From the NCBI GenBank assembly GCA_964016885.1, contig OZ024758.1:14942001-15006000 (forward strand): DNA of 64,000 nucleotides, in the 5' to 3' direction. The stretch's first letter is position 1, and each line of letters starts with the position of its first letter. Shown here one piece after another: positions 26,070 to 39,749 of this stretch. Source of the DNA: Eledone cirrhosa. Lineage: Eukaryota. Under the pieces are notes generated by a model, which was not told the origin of the DNA, did not search any database, and was given only the letters and a program-made list of their open reading frames with translations. The position numbers were made by a program, and so were the translations under genes.

Positions 26070-26881
26070 CAATATATAAACAGTTTTATAAATAATTTTG
26101 ACGTACCCTATTAGATGCAACCATTATTTTTGGAAGCTGTCTGGATAGGTATCCCTGAAATATGTATAATGAAATAAATATGGTTTTATAAATATAGTTT
26201 CCATTTATTTAATATCGTATATCTACTCCAAAAACTTGTCGAGTGCTTTATATCAGTTATAAAATATTTACTTGTTGTATCCCAACAATTTTAAATAAAA
26301 CTTTTGCATATATGTATATATATATATATTATATATATATATATTATATATATATGGCGGTGAATTGGCAGTATCGGTAGAGGGTTGGACGTCATGCTTT
26401 CTAGCATAGTTACGTCCCTTTACGGTCTGAGTTCAAATCCCACCGAGGTTAACTTTGCCTTTCATCCTTACGGGGTCAATAAAATAAAGTACCAGTCATA
26501 CACGGATAATTGCTGGCCTTGTGCCAAAAGTAGAAACAATTATATATATATATGTATATATATATACACGCACATACACACAGACATATATGTTTGTGAG
26601 TGTGTGTATATATATATATGTGTGTGTATATATATATATATATATTACATATGTATCAATAAATAAATGAATAAACAAACTAACTCAAAGAAATAACTGA
26701 AGCAAAAATATCTTAAATTTTCTACTTTTGTAAGAAATACCGAGACATTAGTTATTTTTTAAATTTAAACATTTTATTCTTCACTTTTCTGTTGTATTAA
26801 AATTTTGAAAATTTGAGTAATTTTACATTTTAACATCATTTTGTAAAATATTTCCAATTTTTTAGGTTTTATATATGTATA

Positions 26882-26937
<56 letters not shown>

Positions 26938-27110
26938 TATATAGGAAAATGTGTGTTATGGTCCATCTGGTTCCTTACCACATTTCCTTCGTTATATACA
27001 TATATGCGTGTGTATTTATATATATATATGCACACACATATATATATATGCATATATATATATATACATATATATGCATATATATATATATGTATATATA
27101 CATATATATA

Positions 27111-27144
<34 letters not shown>

Positions 27145-27180
27145 CATATATGCATATATATATATATATATATACATATA

Positions 27181-28563
27181 TCATCATCATGATCATCATC
27201 ATCGTTCAACGTCCGTGTTCCATGCTTGCATGGGTTTGGACGGGAGTTTTCCCACTTGAGGCAAGAGTGGTTGTCTTGCTCGCATAGGACTGACTGGCGG
27301 GTTTTCTACAGTTGGATGCCCTTCCTAACACCAACCACATTTACAGTGTGGGGCTGGGAGGTTTTTACCGTGTTGCCTACATGGCCACATTACAGCGTGG
27401 ACTGTCTGGCAGGTTTTCTACAGCTGCATGCCCTTCCTAACACCAACCACATTTACAGTGTGGGACTGGGACGTTTTTACCGTGTTGCCTACACGGTCAC
27501 ATTACAGCGTGGGCTGTGTGTTTTTTTTTTCGTGACACCTACACAATCTCATTTGTTTCGGCCTGGATTTTGTGGCACCAACATAACTTTACATTGAAAG
27601 GGGTGGTGTGGATGGGGTGGGGGTGGTTGGACGGGGGTGTATTTTGTTAGAGATGCCTACTGACTGTAGTAGGTTTTACTTTGTATTTAGGTAACGCGGG
27701 TCTTCTCTGTTACTGAGTACCGCCAAAGGTCTCGGTCCAGTGACATTGTCTTGGAGAGGTGTAAGTGTGTGAGGTCGGAATTTATCAGCTCGTCCCAGGT
27801 TTTTCTGGGTCTGCCTACTCCGTGGCTACCATCTATCTTTATTGCTCTGCACTTTGTTATACAGCTGTCGTCTTTCATGCGCATCACGTGACCATACCAA
27901 CGTAGCCTTCTCTCGAGTAAACAACATCTGATCCCTCTTATTTCTAATTTTTTCCTTAGTTCGTTTATGCTTTGCCGTTCGCGTATATTACTATTACACA
28001 TCCAGCGGAGCATGCAAGCTTCGTTCCTCTCTAGTCTGCGTATATCCTCTGCACACAATGCCCAGGTCTCACTGCCATGCAACATTGCTGTTCGTATGCA
28101 GGCATCATACAACCTGCCTTTCACTTTTAGGGAGAACCCTTTAGCGGCTAATAGTGGTATAAGCTCTCTGAACTTTTTCCATCCAGTTCTGACTCTAGCT
28201 ACTGTACTTTCGGAGCACCCTCCCCCACTGCTGATTTTGTCACCCAGGTAACGGAAGCTGTCCACTATTTCTATAGAACCTTCTGCGCAGTTGAAAGAGC
28301 TAGTATTTTGTGGGCACTTGCTGCTACTTATTGCACCAGAGCACCGGCCACATGTAAAATCTGTGTTCTTAGTTAGCTTACCTGTGATCCCACTACATCT
28401 TTTATGCACCCATACTTTGCATTTGGGACATAAAATGGAGTTTCTACCTACGCCTTTCCTACACACTGAGCATGGCCATTTCCCGGAAGGGACCGGCGCC
28501 TTATTTTCTTTCCTACAAACTAGAACTTTAGTCTTAGCATGTTAATTTTAAGGCCTTTTGATT
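27181..28563 (-). mobile_element. 5'-truncated RTE-clade LINE: end of ORF plus complete 3' UTR and (GAT)n tail
   Basis: ORF 28466-27687 has CRKGVGRNSILC..C..WVHKRCSG, DSFRYLG, GWKKFREL, LHGSETW, RRLRWYGHVMR, GRPRKTW. The 3' UTR ends ..gacgttgaac(gat)n. Confidence 0.9.
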
Positions 28564-28582
28564 CTATATATATATATATATG

Positions 28583-28631
<49 letters not shown>

Positions 28632-28723
28632 GCATATATATATATATATATGCATATATATATATATATATACATACATATATATGCATATATATACATA
28701 TATATATATATACATATATATGC

Positions 28724-28766
<43 letters not shown>

Positions 28767-28880
28767 TATGCATATACATATATACACATATGCATATATA
28801 TATATACACATATGCATATATATACATATATGTGCATATATATATATATACATATGCATATAAATATATATATATACATG

Positions 28881-28928
<48 letters not shown>

Positions 28929-29670
28929 TATATACATATATGAAAGAATATTAAAACATGGCTAATATAATAAATACACTAAGTTATCAGATCAGTTAAA
29001 ATAAGATATTTTTATAGTTAAAACAATTCATTTTGTTTATTTTCCACCCAAAAAAAAGGGGAAAGTTTTGTCAGTTATCTTGTAAGGTTGTATATTGAAA
29101 AATCTATGATTGAAAAATTATTAGACATGTTAAAAATCAATATATTATATAATTTATATGATGTGTAAATGGTTATGGAATTGCAGAATCATTAGGGCGT
29201 AAAAACTAAATCTTTTGCAGTGTTTGTTCTGGCTCATTGCATTCTTCACATTTACGAGGGTGAGCTGAAAAGTTCATAGGATAACTGTTAACCCTTTAGC
29301 ATTCATATTACTCTATATTTATTTTCATGGTAAATGCATAATCTCGCATAAGTATCTCACATAAGATCGAATCTATGAGATTTTGAAACTATTTATTTTG
29401 ATAACAATACCTTAACATCAGTATGAGTGGCCAGTTACAGCCAGTTTCACCAGAAAGAGGTAGAGAATTCTGGCCGGTTTTGGCCGGTTTGAACATTAAA
29501 GGGTTAAAGGAGTGATGCGGGAGCTGAGAAATCTTGCATGCATTAATTTCAACCCTTCTTATTAATAACTGCATTGTTTCTTTCTAGAGACTATGTTGAA
29601 AAATAAACTTCATTTGGTCATTCCATGAGAGTATCTTGGTCAACCTATGAATCTCTCTCCGCATATGATA

Positions 29671-31412
29671 TATGACAATGCTAACACCACAGTACTTTAT
29701 GACAATACTAACATCACAGTACTTTATGACAATACTAACATCACAGTACTTTATGACAATACTAACATCACTGCACTTTATGACAATACTAACATCACTG
29801 CACTTTATGACAATACTAACATCACTGCATTTTTATGACAATACTAACATCACTGCACTTTATGACAATACTAACATCACTGCACTTTATGACAATACTA
29901 ACATCACTGCACTTTATGACAATACTAACATCACTGCATTTTTATGACAATACTAACACCACTGTACTTTATGACAATACTAACACCACTGTACTTTATG
30001 ACAATACTAACATCACTGCATTTTTATGACAATACTAACATCACTGCACTTTATGACAATACTAACATCACTGTACTTTATGACAATACTAACATCACTG
30101 CATTTTATGACAATACTAACACCACTGTACTTTATGACAATACTAACATCACTGTACTTTATGACAATACTAACACCACTGTACTTTATGACAATACTAA
30201 CACCACTGCACTTTATGACAATACTAACATCACTGTACTTTATGACAATACTAACATCACTGCATTTTTATGACAATACTAACATCACTGCACTTTATGA
30301 CGATACTAACATCACTGCATTTTTATGACAATACTAACATCACTGCACTTTATGACAATACTAACATCACTGCACTTTATGACAATACTAACATCACTGC
30401 ATTTTATGACAATACTAACACCACTGTACTTTATGACAATACTAACATCACTGTACTTTATGACAATACTAACACCACTGTACTTTATGACAATACTAAC
30501 ACCACTGCACTTTATGACAATACTAACATCACTGTACTTTATGACAATACTAACATCACTGCATTTTTATGACAATACTAACATCACTGCACTTTATGAC
30601 AATACTAACATCACTGCATTTTTATGACAATACTAACATCACTGCACTTTATGACAATACTAACATCACTGCACTTTATGACAATACTAACATCACTGCA
30701 CTTTATGACAATACTAACACCACTGTACTTTATGACAATGCTAACACCACTGTACTTTATGACAATACTAACATCACTGTACTTTATGACAATACTAACA
30801 CCACTGTACTTTATGACAATACTAACACCACTGTACTTTATGACAATGCTAACACCACTGTACTTTATGACAATGCTAACATCACTGCATTTTTATGACA
30901 ATACTAACATCACTGCACTTTATGATAATACTAACACCACAGTACTTTATGACAATACTAACATCACAGTACTTTATGATATCTTTATGTTATGGTATAT
31001 GACAATACTAACATCACTACTTTACCGTCTAAAGTACTGTACTTTATGATATCTTTATCTTATGATATATGACAATACTAACATCAGTGTACTTTACCAT
31101 CTAAAGTACTGTACTTTATGATATCTTTATCTTATGATATATTACAATACTAACATCACTGTACTTTACCATCTAAAGTACCGTACTTTATGATATCTTT
31201 ATCTTATGATATCTTTATCTTATGATATATTACAATACTAACATCACTGTACTTTACCATCGAAAGTACCGTACTTTATGATATCTTTATCTTATGATAT
31301 ATGACAATACTAACATCACTGTACTTTACCATCTAAAGTACTGTACTTTATGATATCTTTATCTTACTTTACCATCTAAAGTACTATCCTTTATGATATC
31401 TTTATCTTATGA
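29671..31412. repeat. 27-bp minisatellite grading into a ~60-bp composite unit
   Basis: (tatgacaatactaacaycactgyactt)n to about 30980, then units carrying ccatctaaagtac and gatatctttatctta. Confidence 0.92.
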
Positions 31413-31614
31413 TATTAATGTCAAGAGACTCCAGCTAGGAATATTATAAATAATTATTGTGTGTTTCGCCATTTTTCTCTAAATTTTCCTATTTATCATT
31501 TATAAGTTTTGTTTATCCATTCATCTGTTGATGTCTTGAGATTATCTTAGTGAAGGAGTGGAATATTCTTTGGGAGGGAAGGGTGCAGAGGTAGGGTGAA
31601 GGGAAAACATCCCT

Positions 31615-32120
31615 TCATCATCACCATCACTACCGCCGCCACCGCCACCATTACCACCATTACCACCATCACCATTACCACCATTACCAACACTACCACC
31701 ATTACCACCACCACCATTACCACCATTACCACCACCACCACCACCATTACCACCATTACCACCATCACCACCATTACCATCACCACCACCATAACCACCA
31801 CCACCACCACCACCACCGCCACCACCGCCACCACCACCACCACCACCGCCACCACCATTACCACCATTACCACCACCACCACCACCACCACCACCACCAC
31901 CACCACCATTACCACTACCACCACCATTACCACTACCACCACCATTACTGCCACCACCATTACCACCACCATTACCACCACCATCACCACCACCATTACC
32001 ACCACCACCATTACCACCACCACCACCACCACCATAACCACCACCGCCACCATTACCACCACCACCACCACCATTACCATCACCACCACCACCATTACCA
32101 CCACCACCACCATCATCACC
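31615..32120. repeat. (CCA/TTA) cryptic trinucleotide array
   Basis: Low-complexity sequence. Confidence 0.95.
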
Positions 32121-32478
32121 AATAAAATCCACTCTATTTTAATTAAAATTAATTAACGAAGAATTTTGGAGGGATTTACTAAAATTATTAATTATCTAAT
32201 TAACTTAACATATGGTTCTTATATAAAATTTATGTTGGAAGATTCTAATTTAAAATAGGAACACTTCCAAATGGCTGTTTTTATTTCATGGAACCAGAAC
32301 TAGATTTGGCCATGCTGGTATCAAAAGGTTTGAATGTTTCAAAGTATCTCTCACTATAAACCAGAGGTTCTTAAAGTGGGTGCTAGCGCCCCCTGGTGAG
32401 GCATTAAGAAGGTCCAGGGGACGCTGGATAGAGATGATATAATAGTATATTAAATATCAAATGATACATATTATATAT

Positions 32479-32659
32479 GTGGATTGGCAGTATCGGTAGA
32501 GGGTCGGACGCCATGCTTTCCAGCATAGTTACGTCCCTTTACGATCTGAGTTCAAATCCCGCCGAGGTTAACTTTGCCTTTCATCCTTACGGGGTCGATA
32601 AAATAAAGTACCAGTAATGCACTGTTTGATTGCTGGCCTTGTGCCTAAAGTAGAAACAA

Positions 32660-32660
<1 letters not shown>
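32479..32660 (+). mobile_element. SINE family B (representative copy)
   Basis: Other copies: 11820-11998 (-), 23741-23925 (-), 26356-26542 (+), 39470-39660 (-), 48279-48385 (+), 50676-50868 (-), 52642-53035 (- x2), 60865-61020 (+), 61965-62150 (+). Confidence 0.85.
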
Positions 32661-32696
<36 letters not shown>

Positions 32697-32728
32697 AAAG
32701 AATAGAGGTGTAACACACAAGTTATTAT

Positions 32729-32952
32729 ATATTGGTAAACGGAATAGAAAATGCTGACAAATTGTTCACAGTTGAAAAATGGTTTAATTAGGAATAAAAG
32801 AGTATTAGTGATTGTATGGGTTAGTATTCAGTTGTGAATACTAACCCAACTGAATACTAACCCATACAATCACTAATACTCTTTTATTCCTAATTAAACC
32901 ATTTTTCAACTGTGAACAATTTGTCAGCATTTTCTATTCCGTTTACCAATAT
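32729..32952. repeat. Near-perfect palindrome with ~105-bp arms
   Basis: atattggtaaacggaatag..ttagtattcagttg / caactgaatactaa..ctattccgtttaccaatat; the 12-nt spacer is itself a copy of arm sequence. Confidence 0.9.
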
Positions 32953-33687
32953 ATATATATATATATATATAGTCAAATAAAAAAATATATAATATATTAT
33001 TTATTATATTTAGTGGTCGATATATACGGGGTCGGTAAAATAAAGTACCAGTAATGCACTGGGATAATTGCTGGCCTTGTGCTAAAAAGTAGAAAGAATT
33101 ATTTATTATATATGAATTAACGATTTTATTTGTTGTGTAGGAGACACGGTAAAAAGGCTCCCAGTCCACACTGTAAATGTGGTTGGTGTTAGGAAGTGGC
33201 CCCAAAGCTTGTGAACTTCTGTTATAAACTAACTCATGCTAGCACAGAAAATGGACTTTAAACGATGCTGATGATGATGATGATGATGATGATAAACTGA
33301 TTCTAAAAAAATTATTATTTTTCAGAATAACATAAAAAATAGTGAGACTTCCTTAAAGTGTACAGTAATAGGATTATTCTGGCTGTTAAAATTGTTATCG
33401 GGGTCATTGATGTTTTTGATAAAGATGCTGCACTCTGTGACTGAGACTAAAAGGTTATAAATAATATCTCTAAAGATGAAACTTATTTTTAAAATAACTC
33501 TATATCACTATATCACCGTAACTCATCAAGTAAACTTTAAAAAAAAACAACTGAATAGAGTGATATATATGTATATCTATGTATATATATATATATATAT
33601 ATATATACATAGATCATACTCTGCTCTGTAAGAGCATAGAGTGCTCAACCGGCTTACCGCCTATGGAAGCATCTTAGCTACCATCAG

Positions 33688-33727
<40 letters not shown>

Positions 33728-34374
33728 TTAATACAATAACAGAGATAGCTTGACACTAAACTCAGACTGGTAACCATCTCACTCAACAAACATTAGGTTA
33801 TTTAGGTTATATGTTAGTATAACCCAATTTAAGTGTTTGGGGTGCTAACTATATGTATTTTGTGGAAAGCCAGTTGTATTATTTTATGAGATATAATTAA
33901 AGTTAAAATATATCTCTCTTTCCAAACAATTGTTTCATTATAAGTTTTCTACAAATTGGGAGAATGTTTCCAGTTTATGTAGAAGCCTAACATATATTCG
34001 TGTAAGAATATATTTAGGTGGGCACTTATAAATCTTCAGTGGAAGCCCAATAAACTTTGCTATAAGAAAAAATTCTTACCGCAGTTAAAAATCGTGCCTG
34101 CTAAGTTGCTCCTTCACGCATCGAATGACCGCCAAATTTGAAATTCCAGCAGTCTTTTGACTGAGGTAGTTTCATAGCGTCACGAAGCGGGAAAGGGAGA
34201 CAACCACGATACACGAGATTAGAAAAAAATAATATACACTTGGGTTAATTAGTTTTTTCAAAAACATTATCAATCCAGTGTGTTAAGAACTCAATTGAAA
34301 TTAAAAAAATAAATGTATTAATTACACATGCATATAGATATTTTCTTAGGCTAAAAACAGAGGTGATACCAAAA

Positions 34375-34430
<56 letters not shown>

Positions 34431-34450
34431 TATACATATACATATATATA

Positions 34451-34556
34451 GAGGCCATAGTATCTAGAATAAGGACGGGTTGGAAGAAGTTTAGGGAGCT
34501 GGTTTCTCCCTGTGTACGAAAGGCCGGTTATATGATGCCTGTGTGAGGAGCGCGCT
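34451..34556 (+). mobile_element. RTE LINE ORF fragment
   Basis: Translates as EAIVSRIRTGWKKFREL..KGRLYDACVRSAL, homologous to the 27687 ORF. Confidence 0.8.
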
Positions 34557-34907
34557 ATTTATTTATTTAGTTATGTAATAAACAACATAAGATAATTATT
34601 TCATTTACCAGTGGTTTCTTGAAAGAAACCACTGGTAAATGAAATAATTATCTTATGTTGTTTATTACATAACTAATAAGCTCTGTAACTTACATAGAGC
34701 ACTCATTTTTCCTGGACCTTTCTGACGGAATTACTTCATTTATATATATATATAAAATATGATATATATATATATATATATATATAAGATATGATTCCAG
34801 TTCCTCAGAGGAATAACAACACAACCAGGAGCTGGATATATCGATGTATTCACGGAGTAAAACACACTTCAACAACATGTGTACCTGTCTTTCCCACACC
34901 AATTCGG

Positions 34908-34962
34908 ACTGCCTGAAGAGGTCACAGTTAATGATGGCTGTCACCGAAATATATATAGTAGT
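34908..34962 (+). ncRNA. Minimal type I hammerhead ribozyme, core intact
   Basis: actgc-CTGAAGA-ggtcacagtta atga tggctgtcacc-GAAATATATATA-gtagt. Confidence 0.8.
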
Positions 34963-35114
34963 ATATCTAAAATTTATAATAAACAAAGCCAAATTTTACA
35001 TATTTGATTTAATTATTTTACATTACTCCGGAGTAAACAAACCAACCTGCGTACTTCGTCAAGTGCTCCAATCTGCATACTGAGGTGTCGGTAAACAACC
35101 AACATATACTTAAA

Positions 35115-35160
<46 letters not shown>

Positions 35161-35258
35161 TCAAAATTTATATATATATATCATCATCATCATCATGATG
35201 ATGATGATGATATATATATATATATACTCAAAATTTATATATATATATATATATATAT

Positions 35259-35598
35259 AAGAAGAAATTAAAAGATGGTTAAAAAAGTTCCATGTATTTT
35301 ATTGTGCGCATTTCAAAAACAAATATCATCCAGGAACGATATTTGCGTTCTCATCAGATAAAATAGGGAGACATGATATGAAGCTTAAAAAAGACACTTG
35401 TGAAAAAGGTAGTGTCTAAACAACATATATATATTGTTTAGACACTACCTTGCTCACAAGTGTCTTTTTTAAGCTTCATATCATGTCTCCCTATTTTATC
35501 TGCTGAGAACACAAATATCGTCCCTGGATGATATTTGTTTTTGAAATGCGCACAATAAAATGCATGGAACTTTTTTAACCATCTTTTAATTTCTTCTT
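35259..35598. mobile_element. 165-bp inverted repeat with a hammerhead motif in each arm (Penelope-like pLTR remnant)
   Basis: Arms 35259-35423 and 35434-35598. Minus copy CTGATGA..GAAATGCGCACA (35295-35365); plus copy CTGCTGA..GAAATGCGCACA (35492-35562). Confidence 0.75.
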
Positions 35599-36651
35599 AT
35601 ATATACTCCAGTCCAATAAACTGTTGAGTGCTACTTATCCGATATTTGCATTGCTTTATTGTGCTACAATAAAACTCACCTCCTGCACATATATATATAT
35701 ATATATAACTGATAACAACTTAATGAATGTAGCATAGGTAAAAAAAGTAATAAACATTCTGGTAATAAACATAATTTTCTCTGTGTTAGAGAAAAGATAT
35801 AAGTAACAATATTCCATAATACATGTAAGGATCAAGCAATATCTACTATGTCATTACGAAAGAATTCAATGCTTTATCGAGTCAGTTTAGTCTTACTGTA
35901 AAACAATTATGGGCAACTGTTCTTTCTTATGAAATTTTTGTATTGAAATTAAAACTTTTGAGATGAAGAAGAAAACCGTTCGAGGAATATCAGATAATAC
36001 AATTTCTCGATATATCTTCTAGGAATGGTTGGTAATGACATTTCTATAGATGGGTTTCATTTGAAATGTAATATAGAATCTTTGAAGAATAATCATATAG
36101 TTATAATTTCTTGTTAGTTGTCTCTTCTTTTCTCATCATAATTAATTGAGGAATAACTTCAAATGCTGGATTGGAAGATGATTGGTGGAAATTTATCTAG
36201 CTTACAATAGCAATAATATCAAATATGTGCAAATAAAGTCTTGTGTAAAGACACACAGACACACACACAAATACATCTCTCTCTCTATCTCCCTCTCCCT
36301 CTAATATATATATATATATATACATATATCATCATCAACATCATCAAACATCATATATAGCCTTGCTAACAGGGAAAGCAGACATTAAAATGATATATAT
36401 ATATATATATATATATATACATGCAATCATGGAAAAAGATGATGATGATGATATATGGTGGCAAATTGGTAGAATCATTGAAATACTGGATTAAAAATCT
36501 TTTGCAGCCTTTATTCCAACTCCCTGTGATGTGAATTGAAATCTCACTGGGGCCAACTTTGCCTTTCATCCGTCTGGTGTCGATAAATAAAGTACAAGTC
36601 CAGGGGAGGTAGATGATCAGAATTGTTAAAGAATTTGGATTCTTAGTGGCA

Positions 36652-38618
36652 TCTATTCCAGCTCTGTGTGTGATCAAATCCTCTCTATTCCAGCTCTGTG
36701 TGTGATCAAATCCTGTCTCTACCAGCTCTGTGTGTGATCAAATCCTGTCTATACCAGCTCTGTGTGTGATCAAATCCTGTCTATACCAGCTCTGTGTGTG
36801 ATCAAATCCTGTCTCTACCAGCTCTGTGTGTGATCAAATCCTGTCTATACCAGCTCTGTGTGTGATCAAATCCTGTCTCTACCAGCTCTGTGTGTGATCA
36901 AATCCTCTCTATTCCAGCTCTGTGTGTGATCAAATCCTCTCTATTCCAGCTCTGTGTGTGATCAAATCCTGTCTCTACCAGCTCTGTGTGTGATCAAATC
37001 CTCTCTATTCCAGCTCTGTGTGTGATCAAATCCTCTCTATTCCAGCTCTGTGTGTGATCAAATCCTGTCTCTACCAGCTCTGTGTGTGATCAAATCCTGT
37101 CTATACCAGCTCTGTGTGTGATCAAATCCTGTCTCTACCAGCTCTGTGTGTGATCAAATCCTGTCTATACCAGCTCTGTGTGTGATCAAATCCTGTCTCT
37201 ACCAGCTCTGTGTGTGATCAAATCCTCTCTATTCCAGCTCTGTGTGTGATCAAATCCTGTCTATACCAGCTCTGTGTGTGATCAAATCCTGTCTCTACCA
37301 GCTCTGTGTGTGATCAAATCCTGTCTCTACCAGCTCTGTGTGTGATCAAATCCTCTCTATTCCAGCTCTGTGTGTGATCAAATCCTCTCTATTCCAGCTC
37401 TGTGTGTGATCAAATCCTCTCTATACCAGCTCTGTGTGTGATCAAATCCTCTCTATACCAGCTCTGTGTGTGATCAAATCCTCTCTATTCCAGCTCTGTG
37501 TGTGATCAAATCCTGTCTCTACCAGCTCTGTGTGTGATCAAATCCTCTCTATTCCAGCTCTGTGTGTGATCAAATCCTCTCTATTCCAGCTCTGTGTGTG
37601 ATCAAATCCTCTCTATTCCAGCTCTGTGTGTGATCAAATCCTGTCTCTACCAGCTCTGTGTGTGATCAAATCCTCTCTATACCAGCTCTGTGTGTGATCA
37701 AATCCTCTCTATTCCAGCTCTGTGTGTGATCAAATCCTGTCTATACCAGCTCTGTGTGTGATCAAATCCTGTCTATACCACCTCTGTGTGTGATCAAATC
37801 CTCTCTATACCAGCTCTGTGTGTGATCAAATCCTGTCTATACCAGCTCTGTGTGTGATCAAATCCTCTCTATACCAGCTCTGTGTGTGATCAAATCCTCT
37901 CTATTCCAGCTCTGTGTGTGATCAAATCCTGTCTCTACCAGCTCTGTGTGTGATCAAATCCTCTCTATTCCAGCTCTGTGTGTGATCAAATCCTGTCTCT
38001 ACCAGCTCTGTGTGTGATCAAATCCTCTCTATACCAGCTCTGTGTGTGATCAAATCCTCTCTATTCCAGCTCTGTGTGTGATCAAATCCTGTCTCTACCA
38101 GCTCTGTGTGTGATCAAATCCTCTCTATTCCAGCTCTGTGTGTGATCAAATCCTGTCTCTACCAGCTCTGTGTGTGATCAAATCCTCTCTATTCCAGCTC
38201 TGTGTGTGATCAAATCCTGTCTCTACCAGCTCTGTGTGTGATCAAATCCTGTCTCTACCAGCTCTGTGTGTGATCAAATCCTGTCTCTACCAGCTGTGTG
38301 TGATCAAATCCTGTCTCTACCAGCTGTGTGTGTGATCAAATCCTGTCTCTACCAGCTCTGTGTGTGATCAAATCCTCTCTATACCAGCTCTGTGTGTGAT
38401 CAAATCCTCTCTATACCAGCTCTGTGTGTGATCAAATCCTCTCTATACCAGCTCTGTGTGTGATCAAATCCTCTCTATTCCAGCTCTGTGTGTGATCAAA
38501 TCCTCTCTATACCAGCTCTGTGTGTGATCAAATCCTCTCTATACCAGCTCTGTGTGTGATCAAATCCTCTCTATACCAGCTCTGTGTGTGATCAAATCCT
38601 CTCTATACCAGCTCTGTG
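36652..38618. repeat. 32-bp minisatellite, about 61 copies
   Basis: (ccagctctgtgtgtgatcaaatcctstctmtw)n with a few variant units interspersed. Confidence 0.95.
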
Positions 38619-38828
38619 TTCAAATTGTGTCTCCTGTCTCCAGAGAAGCTGTAATGTCTCTTCCAGGTGTTGCAACTGGCAGTTAGTATCAGCAATAAAA
38701 AGACCAATGGAAACATTATTTCATAAGACCAACCTCATCCTTTATATTTCACTATCAGCAGTTGGACATGACGTATTATTTGAAACATTTATATTCAGTG
38801 TGTATGTTTGTATATATGTATGTATGTG

Positions 38829-38916
<88 letters not shown>

Positions 38917-38947
38917 TACACACAAATATATGTACATATATATTATA

Positions 38948-39005
<58 letters not shown>

Positions 39006-39132
39006 CAAATATATGTACATATATATTATACATACATATATATGTATATATATATATGTGTATATGTGTATATATGTATACACACAGACACACACACATA
39101 TATATATATATATGTATACATATATGTATATG

Positions 39133-39163
<31 letters not shown>

Positions 39164-39269
39164 GTATATATATATATGTATATATATATGTATATATATA
39201 TATATATATATGTGTATATATTGTTCTATTGGGGGATGGTCTACATTCTAAATGTAGTAGTAGTAGTAA

Positions 39270-39311
<42 letters not shown>

Positions 39312-39749
39312 CAGCAGTAGTAGCAGCAGTAGCAGCAGCAGCTGCAGCAATGCTGTTAGTCTTCTGTTTATCCTTGTCTTCTGTTGAAATCATTGACAGT
39401 AATTGTTGTCACCTGAAGGATGACATTAACATGTTCCGTCTACCTTAAAACCTTCCAACAATTTACAAATAACTGTTTCTCTGCTTGGCACAAGGCCACC
39501 AATTAATCCAGTGCATTACTGGTACTTTATTTTATCGACCCCGTAAGGATGAAAGGCAAAGTTAACCTCGGCGGGATTTGAACTCAGACCGAAAAGGGAC
39601 GTAACTCTTTGCGTCAAAGCATGGCGTCCGACCCTCTACTGATGCTGCCAATCCACCACCCTAATTTACAAATAACGACAGCACAAAACCATCCATCCAT
39701 CATCCATCCATCCATCTATCTATATATCTATCTATCTATCTATCTCCCT

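Noticed and set aside
32362-32427. hAT-like left end (also a mariner-like end at 29255-29280)
   Set aside because: Only one terminus is visible in each case, so no element can be delimited.
33327-33455. Open 43-codon stretch after ttttcag
   Set aside because: Weak donor and no recognisable protein similarity.
36652-38618. CRISPR-like appearance of the 32-bp array (also the 27-bp and 36-bp arrays)
   Set aside because: Units are contiguous with no unique spacers, there are no cas genes, and the context is eukaryotic.
39236-39410. Minus-strand [11 protein letters not shown]..poly-A/T reading frame
   Set aside because: Short, mostly (CTA/CTG)n microsatellite, and bounded by stops.
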